Origin: Felis catus
Taxonomy: Eukaryota
Direction: 5' to 3'
Length of the DNA stretch: 64,000 bases
NCBI RefSeq assembly: GCF_018350175.1
Contig: NC_058368.1
Coordinates: 220,412,001 to 220,476,000, forward strand
In this document: one piece after another, positions 1 through 12,931 of the stretch
Numbering within the stretch: the stretch's first letter is position 1
Layout of the letters: each line of letters opens with the position of its first letter
Position numbers and translations under genes: made by a program
Notes under the pieces: model-generated
Database searches by the model: none
Told to the model about the DNA's origin: nothing
The model's input: the letters and a program-made list of their open reading frames with translations, nothing else

Positions 1-59
1 TTTACTGGAAACGTGAACAGTGTCATTGTCCCTAAACTGTACCTTACCTATTACTCTTT

Positions 60-560
60 TAGTTGTGTCTTTTGATACAAGAAGTTTGTAATCTTAATGC
101 AATACAATTTATCAATCCTTTTTCTTTCCAGGTCAATGCATTTTGTTTCTTGTTTAAGAACATTTTGCCTACTCGGCGCCTGGGTGGCTCAGTTGGTTAA
201 ACATCGAACTCTTGATATCATCTCAGGTCTTGATCTCATGGTTGTGAGTTCAAGCTCCACATTGGGCTCCTCACTGGGCATGAAGCCTACTTAAGAAAAA
301 GAACACTTTGCCTACTCCAAGACCACAAAAATATTATCTTTTCCTCCAAGTCATCATTGTTTGCTTTTCACGTCTAGGTCTAAATCCATCTGAAATTAAT
401 TTTTTTGCATTTGGTATGAAGTAGTGGCCAAGATTGATTTTTTTTGCTTTTTTGCCTGATAGATATCTGATTGACTCAGTTCTATTTACTGAAAACACCA
501 TCATTTCCTTATAGCACTACACTGTCACTTATATCATTAATCGGGACTGACATATATAGT
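60..560 (-). mobile_element. Ancient L1 (L1M-type) ORF2 3' fragment, interrupted by a CAN-SINE
   Basis: T-rich antisense L1M-like text (e.g. aagaacattttgcctactccaagaccacaaaaatatt, tgaaaacaccatcatttcc) that continues across the SINE at 175; family assigned from memory. Confidence 0.6.
175..298 (+). mobile_element. CAN-SINE, short old type (tRNA-derived)
   Basis: ggcgcctgggtggctcagttggttaa head, B-box gagttcaagctcc, short A tail; TSD aagaacattttgcctactc (156-174) / aagaacactttgcctactc (299-317). Confidence 0.93.
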
Positions 561-2619
561 CCTCTTCTTTAGAGTTGGAGAGTGTTGGTTTAAGAACTCA
601 CATTTAATTATGTCACAAAGTACAGTCTGAAGGGTAGATCTAATTGAAAAAGCACACAAGTAGGGGACATCACCCACAGAGCACAGAGCATGATGGTAAT
701 TGGAGGGAGATAGAGTGGAAAGAGGGAGGCTATGTATTTAAACCACAATTCCAATCTGATTTAAGAACTCTCCAGATATAGGACAGGAGCAGAAGTGCAA
801 AAAAAAGTCAGCAGTGAGTAACTTTAAGATTAGTATAGCAAAAGAGTAAAGTTGATTTTAAAATTCTTAATGACATGGTAAGTTTTATGTATATTGTCTA
901 TAAGTTCTGGTGTACAGCATAAGTAGGATTGTCCAGGCACAATTTGAAAAAAACAAAACAAAACAACAACAACAAACCTGAACTCAGATTGGAGATCATT
1001 TGCATAGAGATGGTTATTGAAGTTTTGAGAGTGGGGGAAATACTGAAATTAGAGAATAAATAGTAAAACCAGAATATCAATATAACCATACTCCTTGTAT
1101 TCATTCATTCTTCACAAATAATAGTTATTATAGTCAGATTTTGCCACTATGAGGATGGTTATATATTACCTATTAATCAAGAGTCAATTAGGGATGATTT
1201 TCTCTTCCATTTCATATTTGCCACATAAACCATTATGCATAGATCAGTATGCATGATTATAAAAGGGAAGGAGTCTATTTAGAAGTCTCGCACATCATTT
1301 AAATTTCAAATCTAATTCTATTTATTACAACCTTGCCAGTGAAAATACCACCACCAATAATGACAAAAAGTATTTTGTTTGCTATCATTCTTAGAAGAAA
1401 TTGAACTGAAAATATTTCCATTCCTTGAGCAACTTGTAGCTTAAGGGATTGATTTATGCATTATTGGAGCAGGCAGCTGCTCTATTAATGTAATTTAAAG
1501 AAATCTAAGGAAGTCTCCCATGAATAAATTAACTCCCCGTTGGATCTTTTAAATTTCCAGCATTAGTAGTTTTCCCTGTGGTCTTTTTGTAGGAGAAGTA
1601 TATAGAGAGTTAGGCATTACATTTCCTTAGAGAGGTAACACATTATCTGGCTAATGAATTAACAGAGAACAATTCGTTGCACTTACCACCACTAGCCATA
1701 GTTGTGCATTAGATATCTGGATTCTGAAGGGAGTTGTAAAGTAGAAAACTTGGCACCATAAGCAACAGGAAAAGTCAGGATAGTCAGAGAATTTAAAGGC
1801 AGAGTTTTTCATGTGGATTTTGAAGTTGTGGCAAGAAAGGTCACGCAGAGAGAAACGAAACTGTGTGTGTGTTCATGTTTATGTATATGCAAACATACGT
1901 GCACACATACAAATCGGTTTATAATCCTTGTGTCATGTGTACTGGAACAAAATTTTATTAATCTTCTCCACATATGATAAAATTTACGATATTTATATTT
2001 ACCTAAAACTTTGCAGTTTCTGAGTATGTAAAAATTAGGTACAATTTTCACATCTTTGAAATTTGTACACTAAATTCTAATCTAAAACATAAATACTGGT
2101 GTTGCTATGTCACAGGCAAGCAATTGCACAAATTTTCCCTTATACAATTTCTGTTGATTAACTCTTTTGTTCTTTTATCTGTTTTTTTCTTCTTTCTTTT
2201 TTATCTGTTTTTAATCTCTTCATATTAATTCCATAGTTCATTTAAAAATAATATTCTGTTCGAAGGAAATGGATAGCAATTAATGGTTTAAAGGATTTGC
2301 ACTTTTACTTAAAGGGGTATTGTGATGAACTTTAAAATTTTACATCTAATATGAAATACCTCATTTTTCTGAATGTAAAGGAGACATTCCTATACAGCTA
2401 TTTTGAGAAAATAAAACAAAACAAAAACATTTCTCAGCACCCTATTTTCCTATTGTTTCAATGACTATTTATTATAACTTTTTTTTATTGTTTTTTTCTA
2501 TTCCTTCCTTCTCTGCTAGAACTTGTAATTTTGAAGGGCTAGGATTTGGGATTGGTTTACCACACTTCTTCATCTATAGTTTCTTTCTATAAGGTCTCAT
2601 AAAGTGAAATGGTTTTAAA

Positions 2620-3050
2620 AGATCTCTACTGATGGATGACAGCTCCCCAAACTTATGTGTCTATATTTATACCTCTCTTGATCTATAAGTACCTGTCTCT
2701 ACCTATTTGAAATATCTACTTAGATGCCAAAATTGAGGACTCCTTAAAGGCGTCTACATTTTTCCACACCTTCAACCTCCACTCTTCTCCCAATCTTCCC
2801 ATTATGGTAATTGGCACCATTGGCTTCCAAGGTGACAAAGAAAAACCCAACATTCACTTTTAATACCCCTATTCCCTTTTTGCTACAATCCAGTAGTCAA
2901 CATTTCCGACTGAAAACCTCCCACATGACAATGTCTCATCTTTCCCTGTTTTTTTCTTTAATCCAATCCTTCATCGTACCCAGTGGGCACTGTTGCAGTG
3001 TCTTAGTACCTGTTGCATCTGTTCCACCCTTTTGTATGCAGTAGCATGGT
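2620..3050 (+). mobile_element. L2 LINE fragment (ORF2 3' region)
   Basis: Degenerate L2-like text (gatgacagctccccaaacttatgtgtct...atatctacttagatg; cttcccattatggtaattggcacca). Confidence 0.55.
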
Positions 3051-3339
3051 TTCAGCAAAAAAAATAAACAAAAAATAAATTAAATGTTTAATTGGCCGTA
3101 TTGATAAGTGTCAGATACAAGCATGATAATATTTGAGGGTAGAAGAATGGTAATTAATTTTATGCCATGGCGAAATATTTGGATATATTCTTACCTGTGT
3201 TAAATTGAGAGGCAAATAATAAATCTTAAACTAAGAAGAACTTGTAAATTTGGGGGTAAAAGGTGGAAAGCAGAATTTTAGCATCATTGGCAACTTCAGT
3301 CAGTTTATAATACAAGGTATAATAAGAAAGAGGGACTCT

Positions 3340-3375
3340 AAGAAAGAAGGAAAGAAAGAAAAAGAAAGAAAGAAA

Positions 3376-3420
<45 letters not shown>

Positions 3421-3487
3421 AAAAGAGGGAGAGAGAGAGAAAGAGGGGGAGAGAGACAGAAAGAAAGAGAAAGAAAGGAAGAAAGAA
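3340..3487. repeat. (GAAA)n/(GA)n polypurine microsatellite
   Basis: Directly visible. Confidence 0.97.
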
Positions 3488-3819
3488 TAGTTTGGAAATA
3501 GATGATGGAAAGGAAGTAGAGACATTCTAGATATATAGGATTGAACAAAAAGACCAATTCCTAATCTCAGTCAGTAAAAAATTAAACTGAGAATGTCTTT
3601 GAGCCTTATGACTAAGTCTTATCACAGGATCCAAAAATCATATGGCCATGATACCCACTGATAAAACTTTGGAATGGATTGATTATTTTCAGTAAGTTTT
3701 TCTCTCTTTCTCTCTCTTTTTAAATATATCTGACTAAATATAGCTGACTATATCCTTGTGTCAGGTATAATATGAAAGAAACAGTTTGAAACAATGGACA
3801 TTTGGGAGTATGGAACAGA

Positions 3820-4500
3820 TTCTACCAATATTCTACCCACATCCCCTTTGCCATTACTATGTTAATACACCTTGGCTCATCTTTCACTTGCCAGCACCTT
3901 ATGGGAGGCCCTGGAACCCACACAGTCCCTGTGTGAGTCAGACCAGATGTGGGAGACTTAACCTTTTCTGAGAGCAACCTGCATGCTACAACGTATAGTG
4001 ACCTGGGCTCTAATGTTCCAATTCCTTGACTCTCAGGATGAATGAGTCTGAAGAGTATGTTGAACATTTCTCAGGTTTCTTCAATGGGACTAAGCTCCAA
4101 TTGTAATTTTCCTCATTTGATAAACCTGTACTTGCTTCTTTCCTTACATATCTCACTTATCCCCCTGTTAGTATTTCCTGGGAACACCATCCTAATAAAC
4201 TACTTCAATCTTTTTATCAAAGTCTGCTTCTGGGAAACTCCAGACTATGGTTGGTATAGGAAGTGATCCAAGAAATCGTAATATCATGATAAAATTTTGG
4301 AATTGAATTTCTTGACAGCCAAATAACAACAAGGACATATTGCTGGTAGTGAGTTAGGTGTCACATTCTATAGCAACAATGACTGTATCTCTCCCATGTG
4401 GCGAATTTAAAGCTACCTTGAGGCAAATGGGGTCCTGATCCACTCAGGTGGGAATGTACTAGCTCATGCAACATGTCTAGTATTTAACAAAATAAGAGTA
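3820..4500 (+). mobile_element. ERVL LTR (LTR16-like) plus start of the internal leader
   Basis: LTR16-type 3' end (ctaataaactacttcaatc...gtctgcttctgggaaactccagacta) followed by ggttggtataggaagtgatccaagaaa; the leader matches the inverted copy near 21200-21320. Confidence 0.6.
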
Positions 4501-5510
4501 ATGTTAATAATATTACCCTATTGATTTTTTTAATCTAATTCTGGGATTAAATGTGAAAAAGAACAATATTGAGACACTGATGATGGTATCTTCCTCCACA
4601 AAATTTTTGTGTTTGTGTTTGACTCTGTTAGGAAGTTTAGGATAAAAGCCAGGAAATTAGGTTACAAGCAGACCAGGTTCACTGAGCAAGAGATATAATT
4701 TGGATTTGGATTTCAGTCTTCATGAGAGCTTGTCTATTTCTAATTTACCTAGCTCTAATTTACCTACTTTTAATTGGCAGTTGTTTACCCAGGCATATTA
4801 TTTTGGGGGAATCCTAAACTTTAACTTGTGATTTCTTATCCCTATGTCCCTCTTGGAAGTTGTGTTCAACTTGCCAACCACTCAGGTCATTTTGTAAATC
4901 AGTGAAGTTCCCCAGAGGAAACAAAGGTTGAACTTACCTTTTACTTTCCATCTTTTGAGTCTCTTGCTCCCTGAAGTCTTCATTATCTTCAAAGTTCCCT
5001 GATGAGCTCAAAGAGATATTCTGTATGTGTGCGTGTGTATGTATTAGTTATATAAATATAAGATTTTTCATAGTTATACCTTTTTTGTAAATATTATGCT
5101 TGTTTGGTGGATAGGAATATCTTCATCTATTTCTTTTTTTTGCAAGATCAAGCAATTAATATCCAATATTAATCAAATTTAATTCTTAGGACATTTCAGG
5201 TATTCTTAAAAACAAAATCATGAGTTATATATTGACTTATATATAATGTATTTTAAAAATTTTATTGAACTATGAAAGTAATGAATGTATATCATTTTTA
5301 CCAAATAGAATATATGACCTTTTCCTTAAATGCATCCTACCTGGTCTTCATACCCATCAAGCTATTGTAACAAGGTAAATCCAAAAAACAAGAGATAACT
5401 GGTATTATGTGTCCTGAAGTTATAGTAGTAATGCTTATAGTTTCGTGCCACTTTGGTTTTGAGTGATTGTCTTGCCTATAGGGCTGAAATATTTTCCTCG
5501 TAAGAAAAAC

Positions 5511-5717
5511 TTTTTTTTTCAATTTTATTTATTTTGAGAAAGAAAGAGCACGTATGTGAGTCGAGGAGGGGCAGAGAGAGGAGAGAAGATCCCAGGCAAG
5601 CTCCATGTAGCCAGCACAAAGCAGGATGCAGGGCTTGATCCCAGGAAACATGAGATCATAACCTGAGCTGAAATCAAGACTTGGTTGCTTAACTGACTCA
5701 GCCACCCGGGCGTTTCC
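5511..5717 (-). mobile_element. CAN-SINE
   Basis: Reverse head aactgactcagccacccgggcg, GA-rich tract, poly(T) tail; aagaaaa-type TSD on both sides. Confidence 0.95.
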
Positions 5718-6770
5718 AAAGAAAAGTCTTTTAATAAAGATTAAATTTCTTAGAAATCACCACAGACTACACTGATTTTTTTTTTACTTGAAAAATGTAT
5801 GTTTACATTTTTTGACACGGCTTACAACACAATTAAAAGTGAGTTGGGCTGCATAAATGACAGCCGTCCTAAAGGGTCTAATTCTGTAATTGGCTACAGT
5901 GTATTTTCCCATTTTCCTTTACAAAAGTGACAGAAGTAGGACAATTCTGAGATTGTTCTTATATTGCATTCTGTCATATGGGCAAAATCCCAATTTCTTA
6001 TGAGTTTGTAAGCCTAGCAATTGTCTTTCAGAATTGGCTTTCCTTTAAGAAGCAAATTTTTATATATTCTTAAAAGAATTTGAGACTAGATATTTTATGT
6101 GAACTGGCTAGGTGTCATTAAAAATGAAATTAAAAGTCAAAAATAACCAAAATATGTCCATGCTATTATTCTCTATTGTGTGAATTCAACCATATTGATC
6201 ATTTCTTAAATCAGAACATTAACAATTTTATCTCTTAAACTACTTATATTCATTATTTTATTTCACCTTGAAGATCCAATACAAAAAAGCAGAGATAGTA
6301 TTTGCTTAGAAATAATATTTTCATAAATTGCTTTTTTACGATTACTGAGTGACATCTAGAATAAATATTTGAATTTTAAAAATTTAACTTGATAATCTTA
6401 TTGTGAATTATTTAAATGGGTTTGATGAAAATATAATTATCATATCTTATCATACAATCCTTTTTCTTACTGAAATCTCAGAGGTCAATGTTAAAGGGAA
6501 GTTATGAGAAACATGTTTAAATTTTATTATCTCTACACACGAGATTAATCAAAGATACATACATTTTATTTTTAATTTCTGTTTACACTAATGACGAGAA
6601 GTGTTAGTGGGAATTGTATGCACTGAGGAGTAAGTTTTCACTGATTCTCAGACTACATTATAAGATATAGGAATAGGAATTTTTTTTTAAATAGTAAGAT
6701 CTTGATAGAAGTACAGACATAAATTATATAATGATAACTTTCATTTCCAAAAGCACCCCTTTCATACTTC

Positions 6771-6986
6771 CTTTTTAAAAAGTTTTTATTTATTTTTGAG
6801 AGAGAGGGAGCGAGCAAGAGTGGAAGAGGGACAGAGAGAGAGGGAGAGAGAGAAAGAATCCCAAGCAGGCTGAGCTGTCAGCATTGGGCCCGACGCAGAA
6901 CTCGAACCCACAAATCTTTATGAGGTCATGACCTGAGCCGAAATCAAGAGTCAGGCACTCAACCCACCAAGCCACCCAGGTGCTCC
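6771..6986 (-). mobile_element. CAN-SINE
   Basis: Reverse head, (GA)n and T tail; TSD cccctttcatacttc (6756) / cccctttcatatttc (6988). Confidence 0.96.
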
Positions 6987-7282
6987 GCCCCTTTCATATT
7001 TCTAATCTGTGCTATTTGAAGAAGCATCACCTGGTCTTTTACAAAGATCTGTCATAATTAACTACGAGCTGGAGTACAAATGCTGTCATGTCCTGAGGAG
7101 CAATTTGGGAATCTCTATTATTGTCAAAAAGTATTCAAATTCAGTGTTTATATACTTAATTTATAGGCATAATCAGAAATGCTCACAAAGCTTTTTGTGT
7201 GGCAACATTGTAAGGTTAATAGATAACATGTTGAAAATAAATTTAGGTACAACAAATACTGGTACAACAATACCATAGCATG

Positions 7283-7725
7283 TATATTAGTTCACTGGGG
7301 CTGCTCTAACAAATTATCACAAACTGTATGGCTTAACACAGAAGTTTATTCTCTAATGTTTCTAGAACCCAGAGTTCCAAAATCAAGACATTGGCAGGCT
7401 TAGTTCCTCCCAATGGCTCAGAGGGAGACCTTGTCCCAGGCCTCTCTCTTAGCTTCTAGGGGAATCTGCAATCCTTAGTGTTCCTTGATTTCTACCTGCC
7501 TGACTCCAAACTCAAGTCCAATCTTTGCAATTCTTCCCCTTTTGTGTTTTTCCTTGTCTTCTTTCTCCTAGGACCTGTGCCTCTGGATTTAGAGCCCACC
7601 CAGTTATTCCATAATAATCTCATCTCAAGACCCTTACATAAATTATATCCGCAAAGGCTCCTTTTCAAATAATGTCACATTCACAGGACATATATTTTGG
7701 GGGCTGTTATTCAATCTTTACCAAT
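7283..7725 (-). mobile_element. MaLR LTR (MLT1C-like)
   Basis: tattagttcactggggctgctctaacaaattatcacaaact... ending gggggctgttattcaatc; typical MLT1 reverse-strand text. Confidence 0.8.
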
Positions 7726-7869
7726 ACAATATAATACAGGTTTTAAAGGTTCTGAGTAGTATTAACAATAAGAGAAAACGTGTATTGTAGAATAGTCCAC
7801 TAAAAAAGCACATAGATTATAAATACACTGTGGAGTCGTTTTGGATATGTGTGTATATATTATGCAGTA

Positions 7870-8001
7870 ATATATATATTTAATTTATATAATTTATATA
7901 TAAATTATTGGAAATAATTTATATAAATTTATATTTATATATAAATTCATATAATTTATATATAAATTATTGGAAATAATTTATATATAAATTATTGGAA
8001 A
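7870..8001. repeat. AT-rich palindromic minisatellite
   Basis: Unit taatttatatataaattattggaaa occurs three times, each with a perfect 20-22 bp palindrome. Confidence 0.9.
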
Positions 8002-8585
8002 GCAATACAAAGAAATGATAGTAATGATGGGTGATCTCAAGGCAGTGAGGATTATATGTGTATCTTTTTTCCTTTGTGTTTCCCTTTACGTTTTCCAAAT
8101 GTTCTCAGATTACTGTGACTTACTTTTAGAATGATATGTTATAAATTAACGAATGACTGTATATCTTCAGCATCATTCACTACACTTATTTTATTCATTT
8201 TCTTAATTTGAAAAATAAAGCAAACATTTACATAGCATATTATGCTTTGTAGGCACAAACACAGTCACAATAAAACCACAAGGAAAGACTAGAAACAGAA
8301 ATTTTCATTTGCCTTGGGACCACTTTGAGATATATTAGTCCCTACAACTTAATTCTCTGTAAATGTATCCTAATTTTTTAGGATCTCTTTGAAAATCAGA
8401 GACCCTATTGTGGCTATTTGCAATTCGTTTATTAGTTCAACAAAAATACCTCACAGTGAGAGTCCAAGATCATGTCCCGCTTTGACCACATATTAAAAGT
8501 ACTTTTTTTGGATGATACTTGTAAATCTGACTTTTTTTTTTCTGAAAGAAGCATTTATGTAATATGAAGTTCATCTTCACTTCAG

Positions 8586-8639
8586 TGATTTGTATGGATT
8601 TATTGCTTTACGAACCTTTCATCTCTTTGAATACCAACC
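8586..8639 (+). CDS. Candidate internal coding exon (54 nt, phase 2-2), xDLYGFIALRTFHLFEYQP, gene unidentified
   Basis: Acceptor ttcatcttcacttcag, consensus donor cc|gtaagt, open frame, retained CpGs, phase-compatible with 13841. Confidence 0.55.
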
Positions 8640-9366
8640 GTAAGTTGAAGACATAAGCTCAAGTTCAGTTTTTATGGATTATAGGAGATATGATCTTGGG
8701 TCTTTATTTCTTGATTAATAAACTAGGGATAACATTTAAGTTTTCAGGGTTCAAACTGTAACCTCATCCTCCAGTTGTAATTCAATAAAAAATATGAGAT
8801 GGGGGAAATGTTGATGAAAATGTACTTATAATAATAAAACTAACTGGATAAAAGATGTTTAGAAACTCTGTCAAGTGAATGTGCTAATAACTTTTCCTGA
8901 ATTAAAGTCAACCATATCACATCGTACAGGTCTCTCCAAGGTAAACCTGACCCAGCAAGTTTACATCTTCGAAAAAGAGTAGAACACACCCTGTTGTAAA
9001 GTTGGCAGGCATAGAAGAGAGAAGCTGGAAACCACCTGCCAGAGAATGGAGTTTTTCTCTCAATCGGTCTCCCCTACCAGATAACCCTCTTTGGGGGTCA
9101 ATGACAGAGTTTGGAGGAGCTGGAAGGATAACTCCCACACTTGCCCTTTTTCTCATTTCTTTGACTTCCTTTCCATGGAAATATGAAACATGAGCTATAA
9201 GCATCTTCCTCCTGTAGGATTTGCTACTCCTGCCTCTGAGGTTAAGGTGAGGATCCAATAAGCTGTTAGTTTGCCCTCTCGCCATTCATTACCAACCACA
9301 TAAAACTGATGACAGAAATCCACCAAATATACATTTCTAAAATATGCATTGCCCTTCAATAATTTT

Positions 9367-9420
9367 TTTTAATTTATTTCTTTGTTTTCAGAGAGACAGA
9401 GAGAGTCCGGGTGGGGGAGG

Positions 9421-9456
<36 letters not shown>

Positions 9457-9597
9457 GGAGAATCCCAAGCAGGCTCCCTGTAGTCAGTGTTCAAAGCCAT
9501 ACAGACGCAGGGCTCAAACCCATGAAACTGTGAGATCATGACCTGAGCCAAAATAAAGAGTCGGGACACTTAATCGACTGAGCCACCCAGGCGCCCC
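9367..9597 (-). mobile_element. CAN-SINE
   Basis: Reverse head gactgagccacccaggcgcccc, (GA)n; TSD tcaataatttt at 9356 and 9598. Confidence 0.96.
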
Positions 9598-10136
9598 TCA
9601 ATAATTTTGGTTTTGTTCACATTATTCTCTCATTATTCCTATTTAGTATTGTCCTTTCTTTTTGTTCTAGCTTTCTCCATTTTCTCCACATTATACAAAC
9701 AAACTAAATCCTTTTATTTGCAGAAAATTTTCTTTACATCTTTATAGTAACATGCAGCCAATTAATATTTGAATTCTAAGTGATGATGGGCGTTTATTCT
9801 GACTGGTCAATACCCACTGGCTGTTAAATACTTTAAATATCTCCTCTACTAATTTCATTACATTGTGATAATTAAAGAGTCTTATTCAATAGCTAATTAG
9901 CTTAATTGGAAGTACTTTATGCCTGGGATTTGACTTATATCTATGTTGTATCTGTGTCCATGTGTGTGTTTATATTTATCACTGTGCATAACATGCACCT
10001 GTTATATAGTACAAAATACTTCGTAAAATACAAAGTGACACATAATACTAAGGCATTTAAACTCACCTGAAATTGAACATTATTGATTTTTTCAAAGAAA
10101 ACAAATTCTAAACAAGCATAGGTTTATAACATTCTG

Positions 10137-10175
10137 AATATATATATATATATATATATATATTCTCAGAGAGAA

Positions 10176-10266
<91 letters not shown>
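10137..10266. repeat. Compound (TA)n/(CT)n microsatellite
   Basis: Directly visible alternating blocks. Confidence 0.97.
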
Positions 10267-10267
<1 letters not shown>

Positions 10268-10841
10268 CTTATGCACTTTCCATAACTAGTTTTCAAATTT
10301 ATGAAAAAAAATATAAATATGTTTAGGCTAATGGCCTCAATTGAAGACTCTGAAAACAAATTACTAATTTATCTTTCTCCCCAGATCTACTTGATTTCTA
10401 ACAAACACCAGTAAATCCATTATACTAGGTAAGCTGATAGAATTCTCTCCTTTTTCTCTTCATCATCTCAACTCACATATGCAAATGTCTTTGTTAAGTA
10501 CATTTAACATTTTCTGAACTTATTTCCCTTCATATTATGGATTCAGGATCCATTATGCTTCTCATCTCTTTTCCTAGGCCTGTCTCAACTATGTTCTAAG
10601 TGAGACCAAAACATCCCCTTATAAATATCATAAACTATAATCACTTTCACTAGTCATGTCAATTAGCAAGAAAACTTCTACAGAAAATAACAATCTTGCT
10701 TTCAAAAATCCTGAGCAAGAAAAGTAGTTAGGAATGGGTTACCAGAAGTGATAGGCGGAGAGATAGGTAGTATCTGTGGGTCATAGTACAGACAAGATTA
10801 TATAGAAGTCAATTGTTTAAACTTAAATAGACATATCACAA

Positions 10842-11022
10842 AGCATTCCTCAAGCTGTGACCTACTGGACACTTGCACCATAATTACCTGTGATGATTAT
10901 GAAACATGCAGACTCCCTGGCCCTCACTGCAAAACTGAATGAGGGGGATTGGATCCTGAGGATCTGCATTATTCAGACTACCCTGGTGAATGTTTATACT
11001 TAATTAAGTTTTAAAATCACCA
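10842..11022. mobile_element. MER5-type hAT-Charlie MITE
   Basis: aattacctgtgatgattatgaaacatgcagactccctggccc...ggatctgcatt...ccctggtgaat...aagttttaaaatcacc. Confidence 0.65.
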
Positions 11023-11749
11023 TTTGGCAGATACGTTAGCCACAACTTTCTAAAGGTTTCTCAAGAATTAGTCTAGCTGGCTGTCTTGAAATTGACTCTC
11101 CATTGTTTATGAACTGGATGAATTCTACATTCTGCTGATGATTCCAGCCTTCCATTTAATTTTAGTATAACTTGTTTTCGACAGTGATGAAACTGTTAAA
11201 GTCTAAAAATGATTAATAAGACATTTTCAAAAAGTAGGGGCTTAAAATTCTGGACTCAGGTCTCATTCTGTAATCCATTAGCTCTGTCTGGAACTTGACA
11301 CTCACTGAGCTTCCTGAAGGGATTTCCATCCTTGGGTCAGTCTATCAACACTTTGTAACAAATGAGTTGTACTTGGGAAGGAGATTTCTGAGAAAGCTTT
11401 CAACATTATTATGCTAATATAAATCTTGGCCTACCCATAGGGATTCTATCATTCTGTCCTTAGTTGTCTTTAGACTTTTGAAATACTAACATCTACAATG
11501 GCTAGAAAAAATGGCACTCACTGTGATTCAGGATTCCTGTGCCCATCTCTCAACAAGGTTACAAACAGCATATTTGGCAGCCTAATTTGTCTTTAATCCT
11601 GTTTTAACATCATCTGTCAAAATGAAGACAAGACAGACAATCCTTTTAGCCCTTTAATTCTAGTATAACGAAGTTTCTGTGAGGTGTAGAACGGTTTCTA
11701 TTAGGTATAACTGTGTTTAAAAAAAATGGCAACCCATGAAATTGCCCAT

Positions 11750-12213
11750 ATGATAGTCCTCCTTTATTCACAGTTCTGTTTTCCATGGTTTCAGTTATCT
11801 GTGGTCAATCACAGTCCAGAAACAGATGATCCTCCTTGTGAATTACATCAAAATGTCAAGAGTAGCATAATGTTATGTCACTGTGCCTACCTCATTCACT
11901 TCACTTCATCTCATCACATAGGCATTTTATTATCTTACATCTTCATAAGAACAAGAGTGTATCCAGTACAATAAGATATTTTGAGGGAGACCACATTCAC
12001 ATAATTTTTGTTATAGTATGTTGTTATAATTGTTCTATTTTATCACTGGTTATTGTTGTTAATTTCTGCCGTGCCTAATTTATAAATTAAACTTTATCAT
12101 AGGTTTGTATGTATAGGAAAAAACAGTATATGTAGGGTTTGGAACTCTCCATGACTTTAGGCATCTTGAGGTTTTGGGAAGTATCCCCTGTGGGTCAGGA
12201 GGTGAGTACTATA
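11750..12213 (+). mobile_element. MER44 (Tigger7-derived) DNA transposon
   Basis: Degenerate TIRs (tagtcctcctttattcacag / ccctgtgggtcaggaggtgagtacta) and diagnostic internal cacttcatctcatcacataggcattt and gtgcctaatttataaattaaactttatcatagg. Confidence 0.88.
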
Positions 12214-12404
12214 CAACTATAATAACTAATTTAAGTTTTGCATTCATTTAAACATTATTTACATTTATGTTTCTGAATAAAAACAATCATCTAAAGTACG
12301 CATACTTGTTTAAATGAATGGCTTAAGGTCCTGCTTATCTATGTGGGGTTATGAAGTAAAAGTAAGCATACTAAAATAGACACTTCAATTAAACCAACAA
12401 CATT

Positions 12405-12906
12405 TGTGGGAAACAGAACACCACAATGACCACAGGTGCATATTCGTTCAGGCTCCAAGATCTCTTAGAAAACTCAAGACCATAAGGTTAAAAATAACCT
12501 CAAAGGACTTGAGTGAATTGCCCTTGGGAAATGTGGCCTGTTCTTTAGTACACAGATAGGGATGTTTTGCTTAAAGGAAGCCAGCTGTATATAGCTCAGT
12601 GCATTCACTCCCTTCTTTGTCTTTGCTTCTGTTGTAAAGATTCTTTATCGGAACATATGTATCTACAAGACTCGTAGGCAAGATACATACCATAGCTGAA
12701 TCAGATGTACATTGTTGACATGCTTTGCTAAGCTTCTGTTGTTGATCATTGCTGGTCTGTTTTTCTTGCAAATGTAGGTAAGAAGATGTACAATAAACCT
12801 CGGTACCTCGGGCTGTTGGCTCGGTGTCCCCTGTGCCTCGCTATACTGTCTTCTCTTTTTTTCAGTTCCTTCACCGCCCTAGATCCACGGCCCATTGAGG
12901 TTGACA
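12405..12906 (+). mobile_element. Solo ERV LTR, probably carnivore-lineage; family not assigned
   Basis: TG...CA termini (tgtggg...ttgaca), about 500 bp, AATAAA at 12792 followed by a CpG-containing U5-like segment. Confidence 0.65.
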
Positions 12907-12931
12907 TTGTGTTAAAATGATTAGAGACTTG

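Noticed and set aside
3226..3557. Lys/Glu/Arg-rich and Phe/Leu/Ser-rich ORFs
   Set aside because: Translations of the (GAAA)n microsatellite; the same applies to the ORFs at 30595-30993, 40080-40529, 53984-54166 and 59710-59892
8917..9285. 122-aa minus-strand ORF in non-repetitive sequence
   Set aside because: No recognisable motif or convincing splice context; the length is compatible with chance
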